Virus record (IMG/VR): IMGVR_UViG_3300012940_001453 | Coordinates: 1 to 28,233 of that record | Length of the DNA stretch: 28,233 nucleotides | Source of the DNA: a virus | Taxonomy: Duplodnaviria; Caudoviricetes | Reading direction: 5' to 3' (one strand) | Shown here: positions 17,476-25,941 of the stretch, piece after piece | Numbering within the stretch: position 1 is the stretch's first letter | How the letters are laid out: each line of letters opens with the position of its first letter | Notes under the pieces: model-generated | What the model saw: the letters and a program-made list of their open reading frames with translations, nothing else | Told to the model about the DNA's origin: nothing | The model's database searches: none | Translations under genes and position numbers: made by a program

Positions 17476-17921
17476 TCCTTTCCGAACGCATCGTCATCGA
17501 AGCGCGCTCCTGGATCGGGACGCCTTACCGGCACCAGGCCAGCGCCAAGGGCCTGGGCTGCGATTGCCTGGGCCTCGTCCGCGGCGTCTGGCGCAACGTC
17601 ATCGGCCCCGAGCCCGAAACCGTGCCGGCCTATTCGCCCGATTGGGGCGAGACCAACCGCCGCGAACCGTTGCTCAATGCGGGCCGCCGGCACTTCATCG
17701 AACGGGACCTCCGCGACATCGCCCCGGGCGACGTGCTGCTGTTCCGCTGGCGTCCGCACCTGCCGGCGAAGCATTGCGCCATCCTCGTCGCCGGTCCCTA
17801 TGCCGATGGCGGCTCGATCGTCCACGCCTATGACGCCGCCGGCGGCGTTCACGAAAGCTACCTGGAGAGCTGGCGCGATAAGCTGGCCGCGGCCTTCTCG
17901 TTCCCGGTGGAGGAGGCATAG
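17472..17921 (+). CDS. NlpC/P60 cell-wall peptidase (RcGTA g14-like)
   Basis: ARSWIGTPYRHQAS...GCDCLGLVRGVW, AKHCAI, IVHAY. TTG start overlapping the upstream stop (TTGA). Confidence 0.9.
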   Translation: MILSERIVIEARSWIGTPYRHQASAKGLGCDCLGLVRGVWRNVIGPEPETVPAYSPDWGETNRREPLLNAGRRHFIERDLRDIAPGDVLLFRWRPHLPAKHCAILVAGPYADGGSIVHAYDAAGGVHESYLESWRDKLAAAFSFPVEEA

Positions 17922-20900
17922 ATGGCCACCGTTCTCCTCGGGATCGGCGGCCAGGTCTTGGGCGGCGCGCTCGGTGGGCCGTTCGGCGCGCTCATCGGCC
18001 GGGCCATAGGCGCCGTCGCCGGCGCCTATGTGGACCAGGCCATCGTCAACGCCATGACGCCGCCCCAGCACGGGCCGCGCCTCACCACCACCGATATCCA
18101 GACTTCGACCGAGGGCACCGGCATCACGCGCCTGGCCGGCCGCGTGCGAATCCCCGGTCAGGTGTTCTGGGCGACGCGCTTCGAGGAGCGCACCACGCGC
18201 ACCGGCGGCAAGGGCATGCCGTCGGGGCCCGTCACCATCGAATACAGCTATTACGGCAACTTCGCCGTGGGGCTTTGCGAAGGGCCGATCGCCGGCATCG
18301 GCCGCGTCTGGGCGGACGGCAAGGAAATCGACCAGACCCAGACCAGTTTCCGGGTCTATCGCGGCACCGATACGCAGATGCCGGACCCGCTCATCGCGGC
18401 CAAGGAAGGCGCGGCTCCGGCCTATCGCGGCCTTGCCTATGTCGTCTTCGAAGGCCTGCCCCTGGCCAATTGGGGCAACCGCCTGCCGCAGATGACTTTC
18501 GAGGTGTTCCGGCCGGTGGGAGACGCCGAAAAGACCATCCAGGGCGTGGCGCTCCTGCCGGGCAATGAGTTCGGTTTCGATCCCGAGCGCGTCGACCAGG
18601 TCAAGCCCGGCGGCAACGTGGCCGAGAACCGGCATACGCTCATCGCCGCCAGCGACTGGACGGAAGCGATGGACCGCCTGCAGCGGCTCATGCCTTCGGT
18701 CGGCAACGTGCTCCTGGTGGTGCCCTGGTACGGCGACGACTTGCGGGTGGGGAACTGTACGGTCCAGCCCTGCGTCGATGCCGGCGGCAAGACCACGACG
18801 CCGCATTCTTGGCTGGTGAGCTCCACCGGCCGCGCCGGCGCTAAGGTGGTTTCGTATGTCAACGGCTCGGCGGCCTATGGCGGCACCCCGAGCGATGCCA
18901 GCCTTTTGCGCTGCCTTGCCGACTTGAAGCGCCGCGGCCTCAAGGTGACGCTCCTGCCGTTCCTGATGATGGACGTGCCGGCGGGAAACACGAAGCCCGA
19001 CCCGTATTCGGGCGCATCGAGCCAGCCGACTTACCCCTGGCGCGGACGCATCACCTGCTATCCGGCACCGGGCCTGCCGGGCTCGCCGGACAAGAGTGCG
19101 GCCGCGGCCACTTCCGTCAACGCGTTCCTCGGAAGCGCCGCGCCCGGGGACTTCACGTCGACCGGTACCGGCGTTGTCTATTCGGGCCCGGCCGAGTGGA
19201 GCTATCGCCGCTTCATCCTGCACTATGCGCACCTGGCGCGCGCCTCGGGCGCCGTCGATAGCCTGCTGATCGGCTCGGAAATGATCGGGCTGACCCAGCT
19301 CCGCTCGGCCGCCGCCATCTATCCTTTCGTTGAAGGCCTCAAGACGCTGGCCGCCGATGTCCGCTCGATCGTCGGCGCCGGCGTCAGGCTGGGCTACGCG
19401 GCCGACTGGAGCGAATACAATTCGCACCGGCCGGCCGATGGCTCGAACGACCTCTACTTCCCGCTCGATGGCCTCTGGAGCCATGCCGCCATCGACTTCG
19501 TGGGGCTGGACAATTACCTCCCGCTTTCGGACTGGCGGGACGAACCAGGGCACCTCGACTATGACCCGGTGAACGGGCCGACCTCGATCTATGACCAGAT
19601 CTACTTGCGGGGGAATGTCCGGGGCGGCCAGGACTTCGACTGGTACTATGCGAGCGATGCCGACCGCGCCGCCCAGGTGCGCTCGCCGATCACCGATGGC
19701 GCCTATGGCAAGCCTTGGGTCTTCGCCCAGAAGGCCATCCGCGAATGGTGGGAGAACGCCCACTACAACCGGCCCGCCGGCGTCGAGGCGGGCACGGCGA
19801 CGAGCTGGGTGCCGCAGTCCAAGCCTATCCGCTTCATCGAGCTCGGCTGCCCGGCCGTCGACAAGGGCTCCAACCAGCCCAACGTCTTTCCGGACCCCAA
19901 GAGCTCCGAGAACGCCTTGCCGCACTTCTCGACCGGCCAGCGCGACGACCAGATGCAGCGGGCCTATCTTGAGGCGATGCTGGGCTTTTACGCCGACCCG
20001 GCCAACAACCCGGTTTCGAGCATCTATGGCGGGCGGATGCTCGACCTTTCCCGGTCCAATGTCTGGTGCTGGGACGTGCGGCCGACGCCGAGCTTTCCGC
20101 TCGATGACCGCTGGGGCGACTGGGCGAACTTCGAGACCGGCCACTGGATTTCCACCCGCATGGGTTCGGTGCCAGGTCGCGAGGGGCTGGCCTGGCTGCT
20201 CGATGGCGTGGGGTTCACCCAGCGCCTCATCGAGCCGCTGCCCGGCACCGTGGACGGCATCACCATCGGCGACGTGACTTCGGCCCGTTCGGTCCTCGAA
20301 GCGCTGATGGGCGTCTATCAGTTCGATGCCGTCGAGAGCGACGGGCTCATCAAGTTCATCGCCCGGCCGGGGCGGCGCCCGGTGCGCACGATCGACACGG
20401 GCGACCTCGTGGCGGCCGACAATGGCGGGGCGGCTTACCGGCTCACCCGTGGGCAGGAAACCGAGCTGCCGGTGGCGGTCAAGGTCCGCTATGGCGATTG
20501 GGCGCGCGAGGACCAGGCAGGCCAGGCCGAGGCCCGCCGAGCGACGACGATCAGCCGCAAGGTCCTGACCTCGACCCCGCCGGTGACCATGCCCAGCGGG
20601 CGCGCCCGCCAGATCGCCGAGGACGAGCTGCGCGCCGCCTGGGTCGGCCGCGAGCGTGCTTCTTTCAGCCTGCCACCTTCCAGCTTCGCGCTCGATCCGG
20701 GCGACGTGGTGGAGCTGGCCCCGGTGGGCTTGCAGCTTCGCCTTTCGACCATCGGCGCGGCCGAGGCGCGGTCGGTCGAGGCCTTCGCCGTCGAAACCCT
20801 CACCGGCGGTGCCGGCACCACGCCCGAGCCGCAGCCGCCGGCGCCACTCCCGGTGCTGCTCGCTTCCGTGCCGGTCTTCGTCGACGGTCCCTTGCTCACC

Positions 20901-21809
20901 GACGATGACCCGCCGCATGCCGGATACGTCGCCGGCATCGCCAAGCCCTGGGGCCAGGGCCTGGCCGTCTTCCGGTCCGAGACGGATTCGGGATTTGCGC
21001 TCGATACCCTCCTGACCCAGGGCGCCCGAGTGGGCGAGCTGCTTTATGACTTCTGGTCCGGCCCGACCGGCCGCTGGGACCAGGTCAACACCTGCCACGT
21101 GACGCTGCTCGCCGGCACGTTCTCCTCGGCCGAGGAAAGCGCCGTGCTCAACGGCGCCAACCCGCTCCTGGTCGAGAACGAAGACGGCGAATGGGAGCTC
21201 CTGCAGTTCACCTCGGCCGAGCTGATCGGGGAGCGCCAATATGTCCTTCGCGGACTATTGCGCGGTCAGCGCGGCACCGAGCACGCCATGCGCGCGCCCG
21301 TCGCCGCCGGCGCCCGGGTGCTGGCCGTGGACGGGTCGGTGAGCTCGACGGGCCTGCCGGCCGACCTCGCCGGATTGTCGCTCTATTGGCGCGTCGGCCC
21401 CGCCAGCCAGGATATCGGCTCGCCCGATTATGCCACCCAGCTCCGCACCATCGCCGGCAAGGGGCGGCGGCCGCTCGCGCCGTGCCAGGTCCGCGGTCGG
21501 CGCAATAGCGGGAACGGGGATTGGACGCTGTCCTGGGTGCGCCGCACGCGCCTGGGCGGGGACAGTTGGGACCAGACGGAGGTGCCGCTGGGCGAAGCCA
21601 GCGAAGCCTACGAGGTGCAAATCCTCTCGGGCCCGGGCGGGACCGTCAAACGGACCTTCATCCCGACCAGCCCCAGCCAGCTCTACACCGCCGCCCAGCA
21701 GGTGGCCGATTTCGGCTCCGCGCAATGGAGCTTTACCGCACGCGTTGCCCAGGTCTCGGCGACCTGGGGCGCCGGCATTTTCGAGGAGGCCTTGATATGG
21801 GTTCGATGA
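17922..21809 (+). CDS. Megatron / GTA TIM-barrel baseplate tail protein (RcGTA g15-like)
   Basis: FAVGLCEGPI, PAYRGLAYVVFE, YGGTPSD, YAADWSEY, DNYLPLSDWRD, LLRGQRGTE. Confidence 0.93.
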   Translation: MATVLLGIGGQVLGGALGGPFGALIGRAIGAVAGAYVDQAIVNAMTPPQHGPRLTTTDIQTSTEGTGITRLAGRVRIPGQVFWATRFEERTTRTGGKGMPSGPVTIEYSYYGNFAVGLCEGPIAGIGRVWADGKEIDQTQTSFRVYRGTDTQMPDPLIAAKEGAAPAYRGLAYVVFEGLPLANWGNRLPQMTFEVFRPVGDAEKTIQGVALLPGNEFGFDPERVDQVKPGGNVAENRHTLIAASDWTEAMDRLQRLMPSVGNVLLVVPWYGDDLRVGNCTVQPCVDAGGKTTTPHSWLVSSTGRAGAKVVSYVNGSAAYGGTPSDASLLRCLADLKRRGLKVTLLPFLMMDVPAGNTKPDPYSGASSQPTYPWRGRITCYPAPGLPGSPDKSAAAATSVNAFLGSAAPGDFTSTGTGVVYSGPAEWSYRRFILHYAHLARASGAVDSLLIGSEMIGLTQLRSAAAIYPFVEGLKTLAADVRSIVGAGVRLGYAADWSEYNSHRPADGSNDLYFPLDGLWSHAAIDFVGLDNYLPLSDWRDEPGHLDYDPVNGPTSIYDQIYLRGNVRGGQDFDWYYASDADRAAQVRSPITDGAYGKPWVFAQKAIREWWENAHYNRPAGVEAGTATSWVPQSKPIRFIELGCPAVDKGSNQPNVFPDPKSSENALPHFSTGQRDDQMQRAYLEAMLGFYADPANNPVSSIYGGRMLDLSRSNVWCWDVRPTPSFPLDDRWGDWANFETGHWISTRMGSVPGREGLAWLLDGVGFTQRLIEPLPGTVDGITIGDVTSARSVLEALMGVYQFDAVESDGLIKFIARPGRRPVRTIDTGDLVAADNGGAAYRLTRGQETELPVAVKVRYGDWAREDQAGQAEARRATTISRKVLTSTPPVTMPSGRARQIAEDELRAAWVGRERASFSLPPSSFALDPGDVVELAPVGLQLRLSTIGAAEARSVEAFAVETLTGGAGTTPEPQPPAPLPVLLASVPVFVDGPLLTDDDPPHAGYVAGIAKPWGQGLAVFRSETDSGFALDTLLTQGARVGELLYDFWSGPTGRWDQVNTCHVTLLAGTFSSAEESAVLNGANPLLVENEDGEWELLQFTSAELIGERQYVLRGLLRGQRGTEHAMRAPVAAGARVLAVDGSVSSTGLPADLAGLSLYWRVGPASQDIGSPDYATQLRTIAGKGRRPLAPCQVRGRRNSGNGDWTLSWVRRTRLGGDSWDQTEVPLGEASEAYEVQILSGPGGTVKRTFIPTSPSQLYTAAQQVADFGSAQWSFTARVAQVSATWGAGIFEEALIWVR

Positions 21810-21830
21810 CCCTTCGAAGGGGAGGCGTCG

Positions 21831-22610
21831 ATGGCTGAGACCGTCCGCCTCAAGCTGCCGCTGATGTCCGCCAGCCAGGCCCAAAAGCACGTGACCCACA
21901 ACGAGGCCATCACGATGCTGGACCTCCTGGTCGGCGTCATCCCGGTTCTCGACCGATCGCTGACCGCCGCGCCGGCGGCGAGCGATGGCGCGGTCTATAT
22001 CCTGGGCGGCGCCGGTACCGGCGGCTGGGCCGGCTACTCGGCCGGCGACCTCGCCCTGATGATCGATGGAAGCTGGCGCCGGGTGCTGCCTTCGGTCGGC
22101 ATGGTGGCGACGATCGCAGCCGAGGGCGGCCTGCAGGTCTATTGGACCGGCAGCCTCTGGGCGACCCTGGGCACTTCGTCTGGACGCAAGGTCAAGGCTG
22201 CCGCCACGTCCAGGACGAATGACGCGACGCTGGCCAGCGATCCGGATTTGCAGTTCGCGATGGCGGCCGGCGAGACCTACGCTATCAGGCTAAAAGTCTT
22301 CTTCACGGCGCCGGCGACGCCTGGCCTCAAGTTCGCCCTGGTCGGCCCGGCCAGCCCCACGCGCGTCCAGGCCGAGCGCCGGGTGCGCGCCCCGGGCGGC
22401 ACCACCGAGACCATTGCCGGCGACGATGTCTATACGGCGTCCACCGCCATCGCTGGCAACGCCACGGCCCACGGGTTTCTCACCATGGACATCGTGGTCG
22501 AGAACGGCGCAAACGCCGGCACCTTCGCTTTCCAGTGGGCGCAGAACGCGGCCAATGCCAACGCCTGCGCCGTCCGCGCCGGCTCGACGCTCGAATGGGC
22601 GGTGCTGTGA
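21831..22610 (+). CDS. DUF2793 tail fibre-like protein
   Basis: LKLPLMSASQAQKHVTHNEAI..LD N-terminus and GGAGG SD. Confidence 0.85.
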   Translation: MAETVRLKLPLMSASQAQKHVTHNEAITMLDLLVGVIPVLDRSLTAAPAASDGAVYILGGAGTGGWAGYSAGDLALMIDGSWRRVLPSVGMVATIAAEGGLQVYWTGSLWATLGTSSGRKVKAAATSRTNDATLASDPDLQFAMAAGETYAIRLKVFFTAPATPGLKFALVGPASPTRVQAERRVRAPGGTTETIAGDDVYTASTAIAGNATAHGFLTMDIVVENGANAGTFAFQWAQNAANANACAVRAGSTLEWAVL

Positions 22611-22957
22611 TGGCGACCGAGTTCCTGGCCGAGGTGCCTGACCTCGTCAAAGGCTATGACTGGTCCGTCGAGTTGGTCTTTGACGAGCCGACCTTTGCGC
22701 CCGGCGACGTGCTGCGCTCGGAAATCCGGCGCATCCCCACCGACGAGGCGCCGCTGGGTGAGCTCACCACGGCCGCCGGCACGCTGGCCGTCCTCGATGT
22801 CCGGACGCTCGCCCTCCGGGTCCCGGGCGCCATGAGCGCCGACTGGCTGGCCACTCGCATCCGCCTCGACTTCGCCCGCACCAACACCAGCCCGGCCGAG
22901 CTGCTGCCAGTGACGCTCGATGTCCCCGCAGTCCTGCCGATCACCCGGAGTTCCTGA
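22610..22957 (+). CDS. Hypothetical protein (possible fibre adaptor)
   Basis: TGATG coupling and a beta-rich 115 aa product. Confidence 0.6.
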   Translation: MATEFLAEVPDLVKGYDWSVELVFDEPTFAPGDVLRSEIRRIPTDEAPLGELTTAAGTLAVLDVRTLALRVPGAMSADWLATRIRLDFARTNTSPAELLPVTLDVPAVLPITRSS

Positions 22958-22958
22958 C

Positions 22959-23177
22959 ATGGCCGTGACCATCAACGTCCGCCCCCAGCGCGGGCTTTCC
23001 GCTTTCGAGATCGCGCAGCGCAACGGCTTTGGGGGCACCGAGGCCGATTGGCTGGCCCTCCAGGCGCAGCGCGTTTTCGTGCAACCCGCCGAGCCCGACG
23101 CGGCCGGACCCTTCCTCTGGGTCCAGACCGACATCGAGGGCGACGGCTTCACCTTCTGGTTCGAGGACGGAGAATGA
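22959..23177 (+). CDS. Small tail-fibre-associated protein
   Basis: GLSAFEIAQRNGFGGTEADWLA resembles the GxSAYExA..NGF.GTE.EWL motif of phage fibre and collagen-like proteins. Confidence 0.65.
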   Translation: MAVTINVRPQRGLSAFEIAQRNGFGGTEADWLALQAQRVFVQPAEPDAAGPFLWVQTDIEGDGFTFWFEDGE

Positions 23178-23413
23178 CCCTACGCAACGCTTTTGGGCCC
23201 TTGGCCCTGGACGCCACCCTGGCCGCCGGCCAGGTCCGCGACAATACCGGGACGATCGTCAGCCCCGGCAGCTACCCGCAGACGTTCGACTACTACGGGA
23301 CGGGCAAGCTCAAGACCATCACCTTCACCGACGGGGCCCACACCTGGGTCAAGACCTTCACCTGGTCGGGCGAGCGCCTGGCCACCATTTCCGCTTGGAT
23401 CAAGACAGCATGA
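23174..23413 (+). CDS. Small hypothetical protein
   Basis: ATGA overlaps at both ends and GGAG SD. TFDYYGTGKLKTIT...WVKTFTW. Confidence 0.65.
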   Translation: MTLRNAFGPLALDATLAAGQVRDNTGTIVSPGSYPQTFDYYGTGKLKTITFTDGAHTWVKTFTWSGERLATISAWIKTA

Positions 23414-24687
23414 ATTTCGATGATTTCTTTGTGGGGCTCTCCGCCCTGACCGTGCCGATGGGCAACGAGGCCGTCGCCGACAGCCTCAACCATTCGCTGG
23501 GCTTCAAGGCGCTCCAGCTCCTCAACCGCGCTCGCACCGGCGGCCTGCCCACGGTCATGGGCTCCCCGCCCACCGTCACCCTCAGCGCCAGCCAGGCCGC
23601 GACCACCATTTCGGGGGGCGTCCTCGTACGGACGGACGACGCAGCGCTGACGTTCACCTGCGCCTATCCGCGGTCGGTGGCGCCGAGCGGCGGCACGCCC
23701 TGGAATGGCTGGGTCAACGGTTACCCGCTCTACTACCCGGGCGGCGTTCGCCGCGCGGCCGGCGCCTATCTCGGCGGCACGATGCGCATTTCGTTCGGCT
23801 ATGGCGGGCGCTATCTCGACTGGCACCTGATGGGCATGGCGACCTCGGGCAAGGCCTTCCGCCTCTGGGTCGACGGGCAGGTCACCGAGGCGGACCCGTC
23901 CGCGCTCCTCACCGGGGACGCGACCTATCGCCGGCTCATCGTCGACCTGGGCAGCGCCAAGCCGCGCCTGCTCGAAATCGAGATCGACCAGAATATCCGG
24001 TTTGGGGGCCTGACGATCGAGCCGAACTACAACGTGTGGAAAGCGGCGCCGAGCTCGCCGCGCGTGGTCGTCATCGGCGATTCCTACACTGAAGGCCTGG
24101 GCGCGACCTACAACGTGAGCGGCTATTCCCGCCAGCTCGGCCAGCGCCTCGGCATCGCCGATATCTGGGCCCAGGGCGAGGGCAGCCTGGGTTTCCTCTC
24201 GACGGGCACGCAATCGGGCCTCACCGCCCGCCAGAAGCTCGATACGGACGTGACGGCCTACGCGCCCGACTGGATCGTGGTCGCCCTCGGCATCGCCGAT
24301 ACCGGCCAGACGCCTTCGGCCGTCCAGGCCGAGGCCGAGCTGTTCTTTGCCAAGCTCCTGGCGGACAATCCCGAGGCGCCGGTGACGGTTATCGGGCCGT
24401 GGCGCGCACCGGGCACCAATCCGCCCTCGACGATCTTTGACGCGGTGCGCCTGGCCGCAGCCGCCCAGACCGATGCCGTGGCGAGCAAGCGGCTCTTCTA
24501 CGTCGATACCCTGGCCGAGAACTGGCAGCAGATCGCCGGCCGCATCGGAGCCACCAGCGGCACGGGCAATTCGAACGTCTATATCGGCACCGACAACATT
24601 CACCCAGCCCAGGCCGGCCACGACTATCTCGGCCGGCGCGTCTTCGACGCCGTGACAACCCACGCCCGCGCGCTGGTTGCGGCCTGA
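23410..24687 (+). CDS. SGNH/GDSL hydrolase-domain protein (putative tailspike esterase)
   Basis: Block I VVIGDSYTEG, block II GEGSLG, block III LGIAD, block V DNIHP. Confidence 0.85.
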   Translation: MNFDDFFVGLSALTVPMGNEAVADSLNHSLGFKALQLLNRARTGGLPTVMGSPPTVTLSASQAATTISGGVLVRTDDAALTFTCAYPRSVAPSGGTPWNGWVNGYPLYYPGGVRRAAGAYLGGTMRISFGYGGRYLDWHLMGMATSGKAFRLWVDGQVTEADPSALLTGDATYRRLIVDLGSAKPRLLEIEIDQNIRFGGLTIEPNYNVWKAAPSSPRVVVIGDSYTEGLGATYNVSGYSRQLGQRLGIADIWAQGEGSLGFLSTGTQSGLTARQKLDTDVTAYAPDWIVVALGIADTGQTPSAVQAEAELFFAKLLADNPEAPVTVIGPWRAPGTNPPSTIFDAVRLAAAAQTDAVASKRLFYVDTLAENWQQIAGRIGATSGTGNSNVYIGTDNIHPAQAGHDYLGRRVFDAVTTHARALVAA

Positions 24688-24694
24688 TCGACCC

Positions 24695-24721
24695 GGGCCG
24701 TCCGTCGAGGACGGGCGGCCC
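24695..24721 (+). terminator. Strong hairpin after the tail operon (no U-tract; possible terminator or processing site)
   Basis: GGGCCGTCCGTC-GAG-GACGGGCGGCCC. Confidence 0.35.
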
Positions 24722-24857
24722 ACAGGGCGCGGTGAGCGCCCCGGAGCTGGGGGACTTAGTTTGGCGACCTTGACCCCCAAAGCAGCCAAGCGACCACTTC
24801 ACCCGCCACCTCGGCCGAGGCTCCAGGAGGGTGACACAGGATCGTTGTTGAAACCCT

Positions 24858-25067
24858 ATGGACGAGGTACGTTGCCGGTGCGGTGCTTTGCTGTTGCGCA
24901 TGACGCCGCTGGTCTCAGGCGAGATCGAAATCAAGTGCCGCCGATGCGGCAAACTCCATCATTTGAGGCCCGAGAGGTCCGCCGAACGCCGCGAGCGTCC
25001 CGACAGAGGACCCGACGCGTGTGGCTCTACATCCCCAAGACCTTTCTTCCGCAACCCCCGGCGCTAG
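24858..25067 (+). CDS. com: Com-family zinc-finger translational activator
   Basis: MDEVRCRCGALL...IEIKCRRCG matches the Mu Com pattern (IRC..C..LL...IEIRCPRC). Overlaps the start of the downstream modification gene. Confidence 0.85.
   Translation: MDEVRCRCGALLLRMTPLVSGEIEIKCRRCGKLHHLRPERSAERRERPDRGPDACGSTSPRPFFRNPRR
24984..25023 (+). promoter_or_regulatory. Com-binding hairpin and SD-sequestering structure at the methyltransferase start
   Basis: GAACGCCGCGAGCGTCCC followed by SD AGAGGA and GTG 25021. Alternative stem GCGTC (24995-24999) / GACGC (25014-25018) encloses the SD. Confidence 0.6.
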
Positions 25068-25941
25068 TCTCGCCGGCATTTCCCTCTGCGCCGGCGTCGG
25101 TGGGCTCGAGCTCGGCCTGCAGCTCGCCGAGCCCGGATACCGAACTGTTTGTTTTGTCGAGCGGGAAGCTGGAGCAGCGGCCACTCTCGTGGCCCGGATG
25201 GCAGACCAGGCCCTGGATGAGGCTCCTGTCTGGAGTGACCTTAGAACCTTCGACGGCCGCCCTTGGCGCGGCAAGGTTTCGCTCATCGCTGCCGGCTATC
25301 CCTGCCAGCCCTTCTCCTCGGCCGGGCTCAAGCTTGGCGCCGACGATCCGCGCCACCTCTGGCCCGAAGTCGCCCGGATCGCGCGCGAGACGGAGGCCGA
25401 ATGGCTCTTCTGCGAGAACGTGGAAGGCCACCTCAATCTGGGACTGCCCGAAGTCCTCAAGGACCTTCGGGGAATGGGCTACGAGGCTAAAGCAGGCCTC
25501 TTTTCGGCGCTTGAAGTCGGTGCATCCCACCTACGGCGCCGCATCTTCATTCTGGCCCACGCCGACCGCGGTGGCGGGCGGGAATCGGACGGAGCTGGAG
25601 TTCTCGACCAAGGGGCTGCGCTTCCGCGTGGCGACGGACCAGACCGGCAAGCAGGTCTCGCTGGCGACGGCTTCGCGCCTATGGACCCAGATGATGGTGC
25701 TGGCCCAGGCGCTGGGCATGCCGGTCCGGGACTTTGGGAGCTACCGCTTTTCCCGCCCGCTCCATTTGAGCTTGCGCGCTGGAACGAGGTCCTTACCCGG
25801 CGAATGGACCTGCAACCCGAACTTTTTGGACTGGATGATGGGCTGGCCTATCGGGTGGAGCGATCCCATGCGGCCGGTAACGGGGTGGTCCCTCTGGAAG
25901 CTGCGTATGCGTGGCGCACTCTGCGCGCTGCCTTTGGCTGA
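25021..25941 (+). CDS. DNA (cytosine-5)-methyltransferase, alpha polypeptide (motifs I-VIII and X)
   Basis: I SLCAGVGG, IV AGYPCQPFS, VI CENV, VIII HLRRRIF, X AGNGVVP. No motif IX in this frame. Confidence 0.9.
   Translation: MALHPQDLSSATPGASLAGISLCAGVGGLELGLQLAEPGYRTVCFVEREAGAAATLVARMADQALDEAPVWSDLRTFDGRPWRGKVSLIAAGYPCQPFSSAGLKLGADDPRHLWPEVARIARETEAEWLFCENVEGHLNLGLPEVLKDLRGMGYEAKAGLFSALEVGASHLRRRIFILAHADRGGGRESDGAGVLDQGAALPRGDGPDRQAGLAGDGFAPMDPDDGAGPGAGHAGPGLWELPLFPPAPFELARWNEVLTRRMDLQPELFGLDDGLAYRVERSHAAGNGVVPLEAAYAWRTLRAAFG

Noticed and set aside
17397-21239. 1280-aa minus-strand ORF
   Set aside because: Antisense shadow of the megatron gene, expected from GC3 bias.
21831-24857. Invertible tail-fibre segment (gin/gix) or diversity-generating retroelement
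   Set aside because: No invertase, reverse transcriptase, flanking inverted repeats or TR/VR pair seen.
24677-25216. N-terminal 180 codons of the 423-aa ORF 24677..25948
   Set aside because: Runs through the structured leader and com with low-complexity Pro/Arg/Ser content. Only the downstream part shows a coding signal.
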